Below are positions 50,722-59,618 of a stretch of 64,000 bases of DNA, piece by piece; within the stretch, counting starts at the first letter, position 1, and each line of letters starts with the position of its first letter. Under the pieces are notes generated by a model, which saw nothing but the letters and a program-made list of their open reading frames with translations, was not told the origin of the DNA and searched no databases. Made by a program: the position numbers and the translations under genes. Source of the DNA: a virus (Duplodnaviria > Caudoviricetes); IMG/VR virus record IMGVR_UViG_3300037400_002947, positions 1 to 64,000 of that record, one strand, 5' to 3'.

Positions 50722-51549
50722 TTAATTTAACGCTCGCATAAAATCAAATTGTTCTTTTGGAACTTTTGAAACATCGCAGAATCCTGAGTTCGCTCCAGTA
50801 AGCAGTGCACGAGTCGACTCATATACCTGAAGTCTCTTTACGCTGTCCATGAATTCGTTTATCCTAATCTCGCGAAGTTCACGAGATTTGTATTTAAATC
50901 CAGGATGGTTAACGCATGCCGATATAAGCGGTTGCAACATCGAAACTGGCTTGCCACCATTTTCTTTTTCGGCTTGCGCTATTTTATTGCGCTCCTCTTC
51001 AATTAAGAGTTCCTTGCTTGTTTTGCCGACTGTGTACTCTGCTTTCGGGAAAATCTGGACCATCTCACGCATCACCGACACAAGTGTGTAATAAACATCT
51101 GCTGAGATCTCGATGTCCTGCTCTTTGTTATAAAAAGACCATGACTTCTCAAATGCTTCAAACAGCTTCTTACGCTTTTCGGTCGCCGTTGGTTTTTTGC
51201 CGTCTTTTGGCGGTTCTTCTTCAGGCGGCTCATAACCAGTCGGTATGAGTTCAAATCCCTCAAAATTAATGTCGCCAAAAAGAATGCGTGTTTTTTCGAT
51301 TGGCAACATTCGAACAAGATTACAAAAGAGTTCGTAATCGCTTACCTTGTTCCAATCGACGCCAATTTCCCAAAGAAATAATCTGCGATATGTACTATTA
51401 CCAATAAACATATACAGTACGGCCCAGAATTCATTCTCGCCGTACTGTATAATTTCATCTATGCTAGGTTGATATAAAGTAATTTTATCAGTGATTGGAT
51501 ATGGATCTCCGAAATAGATTTTTAAAAGATCGACTGAATTACCACTCAT
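50722..51549 (-). CDS. Tail-region protein
   Basis: 275-aa ORF in the operon. Confidence 0.7.
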   Translation of the reverse strand: MSGNSVDLLKIYFGDPYPITDKITLYQPSIDEIIQYGENEFWAVLYMFIGNSTYRRLFLWEIGVDWNKVSDYELFCNLVRMLPIEKTRILFGDINFEGFELIPTGYEPPEEEPPKDGKKPTATEKRKKLFEAFEKSWSFYNKEQDIEISADVYYTLVSVMREMVQIFPKAEYTVGKTSKELLIEEERNKIAQAEKENGGKPVSMLQPLISACVNHPGFKYKSRELREIRINEFMDSVKRLQVYESTRALLTGANSGFCDVSKVPKEQFDFMRALN

Positions 51550-52138
51550 GAGAATTGTTCATCATGCCATGCCGGAAGTTGTTGGTATTTGTTGCACGTA
51601 TTAGAAATCTAATAGTGCGAGAGTAATACTTTGTATCCGTAATACCAAACTCGTCGGAATACAGCTTCATACTTATTCCTGCTTTATTGCTCCAGCACAG
51701 CAAATCCTTAACAATATATGCCAGAAGGTCAATGCGATCAATTCCATATTCAGTATCCATATCATCCTCGTGAACAAGGCACATCACAGTGAGATACTGA
51801 TTTTTTATCATCTCACTCGTATACGATGGACGCTCGTCACCTATGTCAAACATCACAAAATTCACAACTTCCTTTTGGATGTCGTTAACTTTCAGAAACG
51901 ATAGTATCTGCGGATGAGACACTTTCTCGTTGTACTCTAATATCCGCGCTCGTTCTTTTAATTCATCCTCTGTCGGGTTCGACTTATCCGCAAACTTATT
52001 AAGCGGAAGAGGAGCTTGCTGTCCGAGTACTTCTTTTAAATCTGGATCAGCATTTAATATTTCTTTTATCTTTTGCTTCTTATAAATAATGTCATTGTTC
52101 TTGACGTCGTCAAGAATCCTTTGTATGTCGATGCTCAT
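51539..52138 (-). CDS. Putative tail terminator/completion protein
   Basis: 199-aa ORF; gene position; RIDLLA motif. Confidence 0.55.
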   Translation of the reverse strand: MSIDIQRILDDVKNNDIIYKKQKIKEILNADPDLKEVLGQQAPLPLNKFADKSNPTEDELKERARILEYNEKVSHPQILSFLKVNDIQKEVVNFVMFDIGDERPSYTSEMIKNQYLTVMCLVHEDDMDTEYGIDRIDLLAYIVKDLLCWSNKAGISMKLYSDEFGITDTKYYSRTIRFLIRATNTNNFRHGMMNNSHEW

Positions 52139-52830
52139 GATGCCACCTCCAATATTTTTGCGGAGGAGTAATTACCGTTTACATCGCTTACGGACAGTTC
52201 AAATTGTTTCCCTTTAAGCTTATTGGATTTACCAAGCCTAATCGCAATAGTTGAAGCATTGACAGTGCTCATTGTAATGAGACGCTCAATCGTAATACGC
52301 TCATCTTCGGAATAGTCTCCAACGAGAGTAATTCTCCACTGTCGGTCAACCGAGTCGTCAGAAAACCAAGCCCAATAGTAATAAGTTTGACCTATAGAGA
52401 TTGTATTTGATTGATCGGTGTTCTTTTCAAGCTCACCGTCAGCATTAACAATCATATTGCGTATGAAACTACGATTGTCTTCAATTGAACCATCCGGATT
52501 GACCGCAGGCTGCGGCGTTGCAATGTCTCCGCTAGGAGTGTAGTAATCACATATTCGAAGTTCTACGTTGTCTCTGTCTGGATTAAAGTCGTCTGCCTTC
52601 ATCGAAACCTTGATAATTCCAGGCGGGAACATATCAAGAACTTTTGAAACCATATAGCAGTTTGGATTTAAGTCATTATTGGTCACCATCAGTCGGAGCT
52701 GAATGTCTATAGTGCGAGTATCGCTCAGTTCGTATTCAGAAATTTTATCTCCAAATAAATAATGCGTGTCCGGTATCCAGCATCCTGACAGGTTGTCAAG
52801 ACCTGTGGTGTAAAAATCGTTCCAGACGCC
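52135..52830 (-). CDS. Neck/head-closure-like protein exon 2
   Basis: Begins GVWNDFYTTG, in frame with ORF 52135-52689. Confidence 0.8.
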   Translation of the reverse strand, partial: GVWNDFYTTGLDNLSGCWIPDTHYLFGDKISEYELSDTRTIDIQLRLMVTNNDLNPNCYMVSKVLDMFPPGIIKVSMKADDFNPDRDNVELRICDYYTPSGDIATPQPAVNPDGSIEDNRSFIRNMIVNADGELEKNTDQSNTISIGQTYYYWAWFSDDSVDRQWRITLVGDYSEDERITIERLITMSTVNASTIAIRLGKSNKLKGKQFELSVSDVNGNYSSAKILEVAS

Positions 52831-54246
52831 CTGTTGTGTTACTTATATGGTCGCAAATCATATAAGATTATTATGCGGCGCAGTTATAAAAGTGCTTTTT
52901 ATATAACGCATATTTTCTTTTAATAAACATATCAGAATCTTTATACATCCAATCTAACAGTTTTTTACATTGATTATTGCCACAAATCGAAATGATCTTG
53001 GTAACGCCATTGTGATTTGAAGCATCGTAAATATTACCACCAATAAAAATATTTTCCCTGATTATTCGAAGGGCTTCTTCACAAAAATCTTTCGTCGACG
53101 TAAACGTTATGAGGCTATTTGGCTTCCATCCCTTTTTATTTGAGTATTCTGAAAGACTTCCATCGCCATCAAAATATCCCCTAATAAAATGTCTGTGTAA
53201 TTCGTTAGGTAAAAATGAGGGATACGAAAGTACGAGACTTTTGTTCCTAACAACGCCTAAATTAGACAACGTATTACACATATGTTTACTATAAAGATCT
53301 AAAGAATACATATTTTTTGAAACATATCCATTGCCATATAACCTTCTAGAACAATCTACGAACGTCAACGGCTTGTTACTGTTAAGCTCTTCGTTGATCT
53401 CCAATAAAATATCGACATCACAATCTTGTAATTGCAATCTTACGGTTGACTTGTCGGGGCAATTATAGCCATCAGCATAAAGTAACCCTAAAATATATGC
53501 TTTTCTAGGAGTATCAATTACGTCAAAATAGTTCTCATTGAGCGTATATTTTCTTACAGACTTATGAGACCTCTTAATGTCATATTCATTTAATACATTT
53601 TCGATGCATTTCCTATTAATACGGTATCGGTCTGCAAGTTTAGGACACGACAATCCGGCGACGTATAGTTCACAAATATCCAACTTTTCATCTTCTGTAA
53701 GAATCCTCGTCGGAATTATTCCGTCAACATTTTTATAAACATCGCTCCATGCTATTCCGGTTATTTCAGATATTTCTTTTATTGAAAGACCACTGTTAAA
53801 AAGATTAATATATTCTGATTTGTCTAATAACTGCATAACAATTCTCCCTAAAAAATTGTATTTTAAAAAGACCATAATCTCCTCGTTAGGGCTTAGAGAA
53901 ATGGGAGCTACCCACTGTCTGGTCTTTTGATTACCACAATATAATTTTCTTACGCTTTCACGTAAGCACTGACTATATCATTCACCGTAGCAATTTCTTG
54001 CCGTAGGAGTCCTGCACTTCGGGACGCTTGTCCCTAACGGTATTTCAACCGATAGTCGATGAGGCCAGCCCTATTCGGACTTTGCCTGCTGATTGCCCAA
54101 TCCTTACATTTTTAACTCTCCATCTTGGCTTATTTCATCCATATGTTTTAGCTGTAAGGCTCTAAGGGTGTCCCAGCATATACGCAGGAATACACTGCAA
54201 TGTTTCCAAATGCAGCGAGCCGTGCAATATACTTTCGCATATCACA
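52831..54246 (-). mobile_element. Group I intron in the neck protein gene (1416 nt)
   Basis: Junction NSYTS|GVWND; P1 AGTTGTG/CACGGCT; ATGCTGGGA, AATCAGCAG, R ATCGACTA, S TGATATAGTC; terminal G. Confidence 0.88.
52871..53836 (-). CDS. Intron-encoded double-motif LAGLIDADG homing endonuclease with N-terminal HTH repeats
   Basis: KAYILGLLYADGY and HFIRGYFDGDGS motifs. Confidence 0.9.
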   Translation of the reverse strand: MQLLDKSEYINLFNSGLSIKEISEITGIAWSDVYKNVDGIIPTRILTEDEKLDICELYVAGLSCPKLADRYRINRKCIENVLNEYDIKRSHKSVRKYTLNENYFDVIDTPRKAYILGLLYADGYNCPDKSTVRLQLQDCDVDILLEINEELNSNKPLTFVDCSRRLYGNGYVSKNMYSLDLYSKHMCNTLSNLGVVRNKSLVLSYPSFLPNELHRHFIRGYFDGDGSLSEYSNKKGWKPNSLITFTSTKDFCEEALRIIRENIFIGGNIYDASNHNGVTKIISICGNNQCKKLLDWMYKDSDMFIKRKYALYKKHFYNCAA

Positions 54247-54744
54247 ACTTGTGTACGAATTCGCATTTCTCGCAATACACCAACAATTTAAAATCCTCTT
54301 TTGGTCGCCATATCCGACGACCCACTTCAGATTCCAGTTACATCTTAATACCAGATATCTGACGAACTGCTTTGCATCGTTTCGTCCAACAATGAGCCAG
54401 AGATTCTTGGTATCACCTTCAAATGGGTGCTCCTCATTAATGTCCAAATCAAAGTCGGTATCATCTGGAATGAACACATAAGTGCCAATCGGATAATGTT
54501 CCTTTGGTCTGAACTGAAGATAAGAATCAACCTCGTCCTTAACAATAGAAGCAGCAGAGTGCTTTGAATAATGAGCGTCGGTATATTTCCATCCCTTTTG
54601 CGGATCAAGAATATACACGCGCTTATATCCAACATCGCCAAGAAACGTCGCATTCATAAGTTTGTCAGACTGGTTTTTTCGAACTTCGGATAAGTTTCTT
54701 CCTTTGGATTTGAGATAGGAGGAGTATGTGCCAAAATCAATCAT
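54247..54744 (-). CDS. Neck/head-closure-like protein exon 1 (spliced ~397 aa)
   Basis: LQFRP, IGTYVFIPD, WLIV and LRCNWNLKW motifs. Confidence 0.8.
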
Positions 54745-54747
54745 CGG

Positions 54748-55083
54748 TCACACCTCCGCTTCTTTTATCTCATCCAAGACATTGTGCGCATCAAGGATAA
54801 ACTTGCGATAGACCTTATAACTATACTCCGGAGACTTCGTTTCGTTATAAGCTGCCTGTAATAAACTCATCATCTCGATGAGCTTAGGCGGATTAAGCAG
54901 AATGTCGTTTAATCCATTCAGCTCTTTCATTAGACAAACGAAGTATTTATCGAAGTCAACGTTCTGATAATCTCCGGAAGTTTTAGGGTCTTTATAAATA
55001 AGAAGCCAAAAAATCTTATTGTGCAACTTATCTTTATATTCGGAGAATTGTAAATCTCCGTACTTACCGTAAAGCGTTTTCAT
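54748..55083 (-). CDS. Hypothetical head-tail region protein
   Basis: 111 aa, overlapping the upstream gene. Confidence 0.7.
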   Translation of the reverse strand: MKTLYGKYGDLQFSEYKDKLHNKIFWLLIYKDPKTSGDYQNVDFDKYFVCLMKELNGLNDILLNPPKLIEMMSLLQAAYNETKSPEYSYKVYRKFILDAHNVLDEIKEAEV

Positions 55084-55574
55084 GTGCGCCCCAGTATTTT
55101 TGCGGACGCAGCCTTACCGTCAAGGTAGATATTGTTAAGGTATCCTCGGTCTGATGGTAAGCTTCTCATCTTTTTTTCTGAGTCATCGCGTAAACCGCGA
55201 AGTTGAGCAAGATGGGCCGCTTGCGAATACCATTTTGTATCCGTCTCGCCAAAATGATTTACAATATTTGTAATACTATTTATCTTTGGCTCAGTCCAGT
55301 TGTACACAATACCCCATGCAAGCAAGTCAATAACAAATTCCTTGTCGCTTACCTCATCAATGGAGTATCTCATCTCGAAAGAAACAACTTCTTCTTCCTC
55401 GTCAATACTGACTTCAGAGAATACCTTGCGGACATGCGGATAGAACAGAGTTGCGCGGAGCCAGTTGCACATGAACTCCGCTACAAAATCTGAACTTTCA
55501 ATATCTAACAAATCGTATGCCTCGACCTTTGTATAAAAACGAGAATAAATCTCATCAAAACTTATTGAGGTCAT
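55080..55574 (-). CDS. Putative head-tail adaptor
   Basis: SFDEIYSRF...YSQAAHL; second gene after the capsid gene. Confidence 0.6.
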   Translation of the reverse strand: MTSISFDEIYSRFYTKVEAYDLLDIESSDFVAEFMCNWLRATLFYPHVRKVFSEVSIDEEEEVVSFEMRYSIDEVSDKEFVIDLLAWGIVYNWTEPKINSITNIVNHFGETDTKWYSQAAHLAQLRGLRDDSEKKMRSLPSDRGYLNNIYLDGKAASAKILGRT

Positions 55575-55588
55575 TTGGCATCCTCCAA

Positions 55589-56113
55589 TTACTGCGTCAT
55601 CTTTAAAAGCATTTGTGTGCCGAAGATTTCGTCGAGAGCCTTAATACGCTGAATCGAATCAAGAACACCGTCTTCGATTTCGCGGCAAGCGATGTCCCTA
55701 ATGGCTTCTTTTGCGCCAAGCGGGAGAGACTCGATAGCTTCCTTCATCTTCGATGCCGGATATGTCAATATAGCGCGAAGATCGGCAGGAGAGTAGAGGT
55801 CTCCATAAATCTTCTCAAGTTCTTTGTGTTCAGCAAGGAAATCCTTGTCCTGAATTACAAAGCGAGGCTTATAGACACAGGGCTTTCTGGAACGAATGAA
55901 ACTTTTAAGGTCGCGATATTCAACCTCTGTTTCATCGCCAAAGTCTATCCAACGATAGAGATTTTCGCTCTTGTCACCGACCACCAGAAGCTTGCCGTAC
56001 GTGATAGACACACAAGGTATCATGTCGGTATCTTTAAATACTTTCTTTGTAGGCTTCTTTTCTGCAACTACTTCTTCAACTTCAGTTGCTTTTTTTGTTG
56101 TATTAGTAGGCAT
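55589..56113 (-). CDS. Hypothetical protein after the capsid gene
   Basis: 174 aa; SD AAAGGAG. Confidence 0.7.
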   Translation of the reverse strand: MPTNTTKKATEVEEVVAEKKPTKKVFKDTDMIPCVSITYGKLLVVGDKSENLYRWIDFGDETEVEYRDLKSFIRSRKPCVYKPRFVIQDKDFLAEHKELEKIYGDLYSPADLRAILTYPASKMKEAIESLPLGAKEAIRDIACREIEDGVLDSIQRIKALDEIFGTQMLLKMTQ

Positions 56114-56145
56114 TTTGCAATTCTCCTTTTATTCCAAAGATTAGA

Positions 56146-57261
56146 TTATTCCAGCGTCCATTCGCCGAAGTACTGTCCAAGAACAGTCGCAACGCCGTAA
56201 GCCATCTGAACTTCGTGAGTCTGGAAGTCATCCTTGAGATCGTGCTTCTCAGTAATGTCATAGATAGCCGTCTCGCCTTCATGAACGAGTTTGACAAATT
56301 TATCATCGGTCATCGGAACAATGAGAAGTTTGTCGTTCGGGATAAGCTTGTCAAAAGAACCGTCGAGTTTCAGGCGCTGCGGGACTTCAATAAGGCGCGT
56401 GCCTTCATACATGCCGAGGCGTCCAGTCTCTGATACGGATTCTTTCTGATCAGGAGTAGCCCAATCAACATCGGCCAGACCAGTAATCTTCTTCAGAGCG
56501 GTCTTCGTACCCATAACTGCGACATCGCTGTCGTTGACAATGCTGACTTCTTCAATAAGTGCATCGAAATCTTCCTTGGTGGAAGCACTAAGGGCACCAG
56601 TATCCTTGAAGTTAGACGGAAGGTCATCAGCAGCATCATAAACAGCTGCAAACACTTCTTCCTTGATGTCGCGAACGAATGCTTCGGAAACCTTTGCTAC
56701 CCAATCAGAATAATTGATACGACCAAGAACGATAAGATCAATATCTTTACCAATCTTGATGGCATGATTCTTCATCTGAACCGGGAATGTTTCACCTTCG
56801 CCAAGCTGCTGCATCGTGACATCGTGATGGTCGCCAGACACATCGCCAACGATGAAATACTGTCTTGCCGCTGAATAAAACTCGATGGAGTCGCCAAGAG
56901 CAATGTTACGCTCTTCAACAAACTGATCGAACCATTCAGAATTCTGGAATCCTTCATTAATGCGGAAGATGATGTCTTCTTCAATCAGTTCGTAAAGCTC
57001 GGCGCCGTGCAGTTTCTGCGCACGTTCGCGTTTCTTCTTGGAACGAAGGTCGTCTTCAGAAAGACCAAGAACTTCCATAAAGATTTTGCGGATTGCTTCG
57101 TTTGCCTGACGCTTCGTAACCTGACGCTCATTACCGTTGTCGTCAAGTTCATAGATAGCGTTGCCGCGAACAAGGTTAGAGGCTACGCTTCTGAAATTAT
57201 CGTATTTATTTTCCTCTGCAAAGATATTGCGGAGATATTCAGTTGAGAAAACTTTAAGCAT
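56146..57261 (-). CDS. Major capsid protein
   Basis: 371 aa; follows protease and decoration genes; GRLGMYEGTRLIEVPQ; strong SD. Confidence 0.8.
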   Translation of the reverse strand: MLKVFSTEYLRNIFAEENKYDNFRSVASNLVRGNAIYELDDNGNERQVTKRQANEAIRKIFMEVLGLSEDDLRSKKKRERAQKLHGAELYELIEEDIIFRINEGFQNSEWFDQFVEERNIALGDSIEFYSAARQYFIVGDVSGDHHDVTMQQLGEGETFPVQMKNHAIKIGKDIDLIVLGRINYSDWVAKVSEAFVRDIKEEVFAAVYDAADDLPSNFKDTGALSASTKEDFDALIEEVSIVNDSDVAVMGTKTALKKITGLADVDWATPDQKESVSETGRLGMYEGTRLIEVPQRLKLDGSFDKLIPNDKLLIVPMTDDKFVKLVHEGETAIYDITEKHDLKDDFQTHEVQMAYGVATVLGQYFGEWTLE

Positions 57262-57287
57262 GATTTTTATCCTCCTTCCTTATAAAA

Positions 57288-57773
57288 TTACGAACCAATG
57301 GTCATCTTCTTAGAAGAGACGCCAGTGATAGCTTTTCCAGCAGCCGGATTACCGTTGAAGTTGCTTGCGGAAACTTCGATTCTGTCGAATTTGGACAGGA
57401 CATAGCAACGAACGATGTCGCCTGCTTTGTTGTAGAAAGCTTTTTCCTGAAGCAGTTCGCGCGGAGATTCATACGGTGTAAGCGGTTTCTGATAAACAAG
57501 AAGAGCATCGCCCGGGTTCGTTACGAGAACGAGCCAGTTGCCATTCGGCATCTGTTGTTCAATAACGCCAGTAAAAGTAGTAACAGCAGCTTCATCAAAA
57601 ACATCGAAGTCCGCCCATTTCTTTGAAACGTCAGCTGCAACAAGCATGCCGTTATCCGTGTTTGATGCAAGTTTAACGTTCAGAATGTGGTTGCCATATT
57701 CCTGCGCCAGAGTATTAGACGGGAAACCAGTACCATGTTCGCTAATGGCCCAGTTAATAGACATATAAGCCAT
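57288..57773 (-). CDS. Capsid decoration protein (putative)
   Basis: Between the protease/scaffold and capsid genes; DNGMLV and FYNKAGDIVR motifs. Confidence 0.6.
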   Translation of the reverse strand: MAYMSINWAISEHGTGFPSNTLAQEYGNHILNVKLASNTDNGMLVAADVSKKWADFDVFDEAAVTTFTGVIEQQMPNGNWLVLVTNPGDALLVYQKPLTPYESPRELLQEKAFYNKAGDIVRCYVLSKFDRIEVSASNFNGNPAAGKAITGVSSKKMTIGS

Positions 57774-57806
57774 AATTGTTATTCCTCCTATATATTTTTG
57801 TGCAAT

Positions 57807-57830
57807 AAAAAAGAGCCTATGCACAGGCCC
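57807..57830 (-). terminator. Intrinsic terminator-like hairpin between the scaffold and decoration genes
   Basis: GGGCCTGT-GC-ATAGGCTC followed by T6. Confidence 0.55.
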
Positions 57831-57834
57831 GTAA

Positions 57835-59418
57835 TTATTTTACGATTCCATCAAATAAAGAACCGTACCGTTTAGTTTTCTTTGCATTCGGCGCAAGCGG
57901 TTTAACACTAGCACCTTTCTTGCCTTGTTCCGACAGAGAGAACTTATGCGCCTTTGCGGCGTTTGTAAGAATCTCGTCCGCTCGTTTCGTCACTTCTTCA
58001 ACAGAAAGATTAAAATGATTCTTTTGCTCCATAAGACTTTGGAATTCTTCACTGTCAGCAACTAAAGAATAGTCGTCAGAATTCAGAATTTCCATCTTTT
58101 GCGGCTCTGCCTCATATTTTGCAAGCTTGTCCGCATTGTCATCATATGTTGACTTCATTCTATCAAGCTTGGCAATTTCATCAGAAGTAAGCCATCGAGC
58201 AAAAACTTCAACACGGTCTCCAGTGAGTGTGTACGCATCGTTCTTAACCTTGAAAGACTGTTTGTAACCTTTGTTGTTGTACCAGTCAATCATGATTACG
58301 TATCTGTCCTCATCATACACGGTAACTTCGTACCAAGTCCCATCATCTGCATATGTATCGTTGACCAGTTGATAAAGGGCGTTAATCTTGTCCTGAAGGG
58401 ACACGCTCATATTTACCGTTCTATCGTTGAATGTAACAGAATAATTTACGGCAAACTGTTCACCTTCGTCTTCGGAATCTTCTTCGTCATCGTCGTTAGA
58501 GTCAAAATCTTCTTCGTCTTCCGGTTTCGCTTGACCTTCTTCATCCGGATCGTCGCCTTCGTCCGGATCACCTTCGGAAGACCCGAACACCTCTTCGAAC
58601 TTCGCCTCCAGCTCTTCGTCGGAAAGTCCTTCGTAATCGAAGTCAACTTCCTCGGCCGTCTTGCCATACTTTTCAAGAAGTTCTGCAAACTTGTCCATTG
58701 CGGTATTTCCTCCTTCCTTAGATTTTTGGTCGCCCATAAGAGCAGTATAGTTATTGAGCGCCTCTGTCAGTTCGCTCATTACTATCATTAACTGAGACTG
58801 AATATTGTCACCCTCTGTAGAAAACATTTGAGCATTCGCGCCTTGCATACCTGGGCGTATATCGTCACCAAGCAAGGTTACTCCAGACATACGCATCTTC
58901 CCGACTTCTATCACCTGAGTTTGTGCATTGACAGACAATTCGTCACAATAAATCTCAGCTGACACGTCTGTAATTCCGCCCTTTGCCTCAAGGATGTCAG
59001 CCGCGTAGCCGCCGTATTCACGATAGAGATAACCGTCGACGTATACATAGTCGACGCCTCTTTCGTCGTCACGTACGATTTCAAAATTGTTTGTCTCAGG
59101 AATAATTCCGACGACGCGTTCTTCATAAATCATCTTCTGTTCACCGGGATGCATCAGGTCTTCCTCAAGATGCATGTCGTGCGAGTGATAGTCTAAAATT
59201 ATATTTCCGTCTTCGTCTTCATAGGAAACAACGGTCGCCAAAATCGGAATGTTTGCAAATGTGTTCTTTGCGTCACGAATGACTTTGGTTGAGAATGATG
59301 ACTTGTTGCGGTTTTCTCCAGAATGCATAACTGCAATTCTGACTTTCATATAACGCTCATCGTCAAAAGCATTATCAACCTTGAACAGAGAGGGAGTATG
59401 GATTATGAGTTTTTCCAT
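57835..59418 (-). CDS. Prohead protease with acidic scaffold C-terminus
   Basis: HSGENRNKS, VSAEI and GVTLLG..PGM motifs; acidic tail. Possible internal start KEGGNTAM (AAGGAGG-ATG). Confidence 0.75.
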   Translation of the reverse strand: MEKLIIHTPSLFKVDNAFDDERYMKVRIAVMHSGENRNKSSFSTKVIRDAKNTFANIPILATVVSYEDEDGNIILDYHSHDMHLEEDLMHPGEQKMIYEERVVGIIPETNNFEIVRDDERGVDYVYVDGYLYREYGGYAADILEAKGGITDVSAEIYCDELSVNAQTQVIEVGKMRMSGVTLLGDDIRPGMQGANAQMFSTEGDNIQSQLMIVMSELTEALNNYTALMGDQKSKEGGNTAMDKFAELLEKYGKTAEEVDFDYEGLSDEELEAKFEEVFGSSEGDPDEGDDPDEEGQAKPEDEEDFDSNDDDEEDSEDEGEQFAVNYSVTFNDRTVNMSVSLQDKINALYQLVNDTYADDGTWYEVTVYDEDRYVIMIDWYNNKGYKQSFKVKNDAYTLTGDRVEVFARWLTSDEIAKLDRMKSTYDDNADKLAKYEAEPQKMEILNSDDYSLVADSEEFQSLMEQKNHFNLSVEEVTKRADEILTNAAKAHKFSLSEQGKKGASVKPLAPNAKKTKRYGSLFDGIVK

Positions 59419-59430
59419 ATATTTCCTCCA

Positions 59431-59607
59431 TCAGATTTCTATTTTATTTGTATACACTAATCCTTTTGTTTGCTCGAAGCCCTGTGGCTTGTTGACATCG
59501 TTAATAAATGTAGTAACGCCATTTTCTTCGGAGTAAACAATAAAGCCAAGCTTTTTCAGCTTGGCCGCAGACTCCGGATCGGAGCATCGTATAAACGTTT
59601 TATTCAT
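59431..59607 (-). CDS. Small protein between portal and protease; not in the ORF track
   Basis: MNKTFIRCSDPESAAKLKKLGF... (58 aa); SD AAGGTGA. Confidence 0.7.
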   Translation of the reverse strand: MNKTFIRCSDPESAAKLKKLGFIVYSEENGVTTFINDVNKPQGFEQTKGLVYTNKIEI

Positions 59608-59618
59608 TTTTGCTCACC

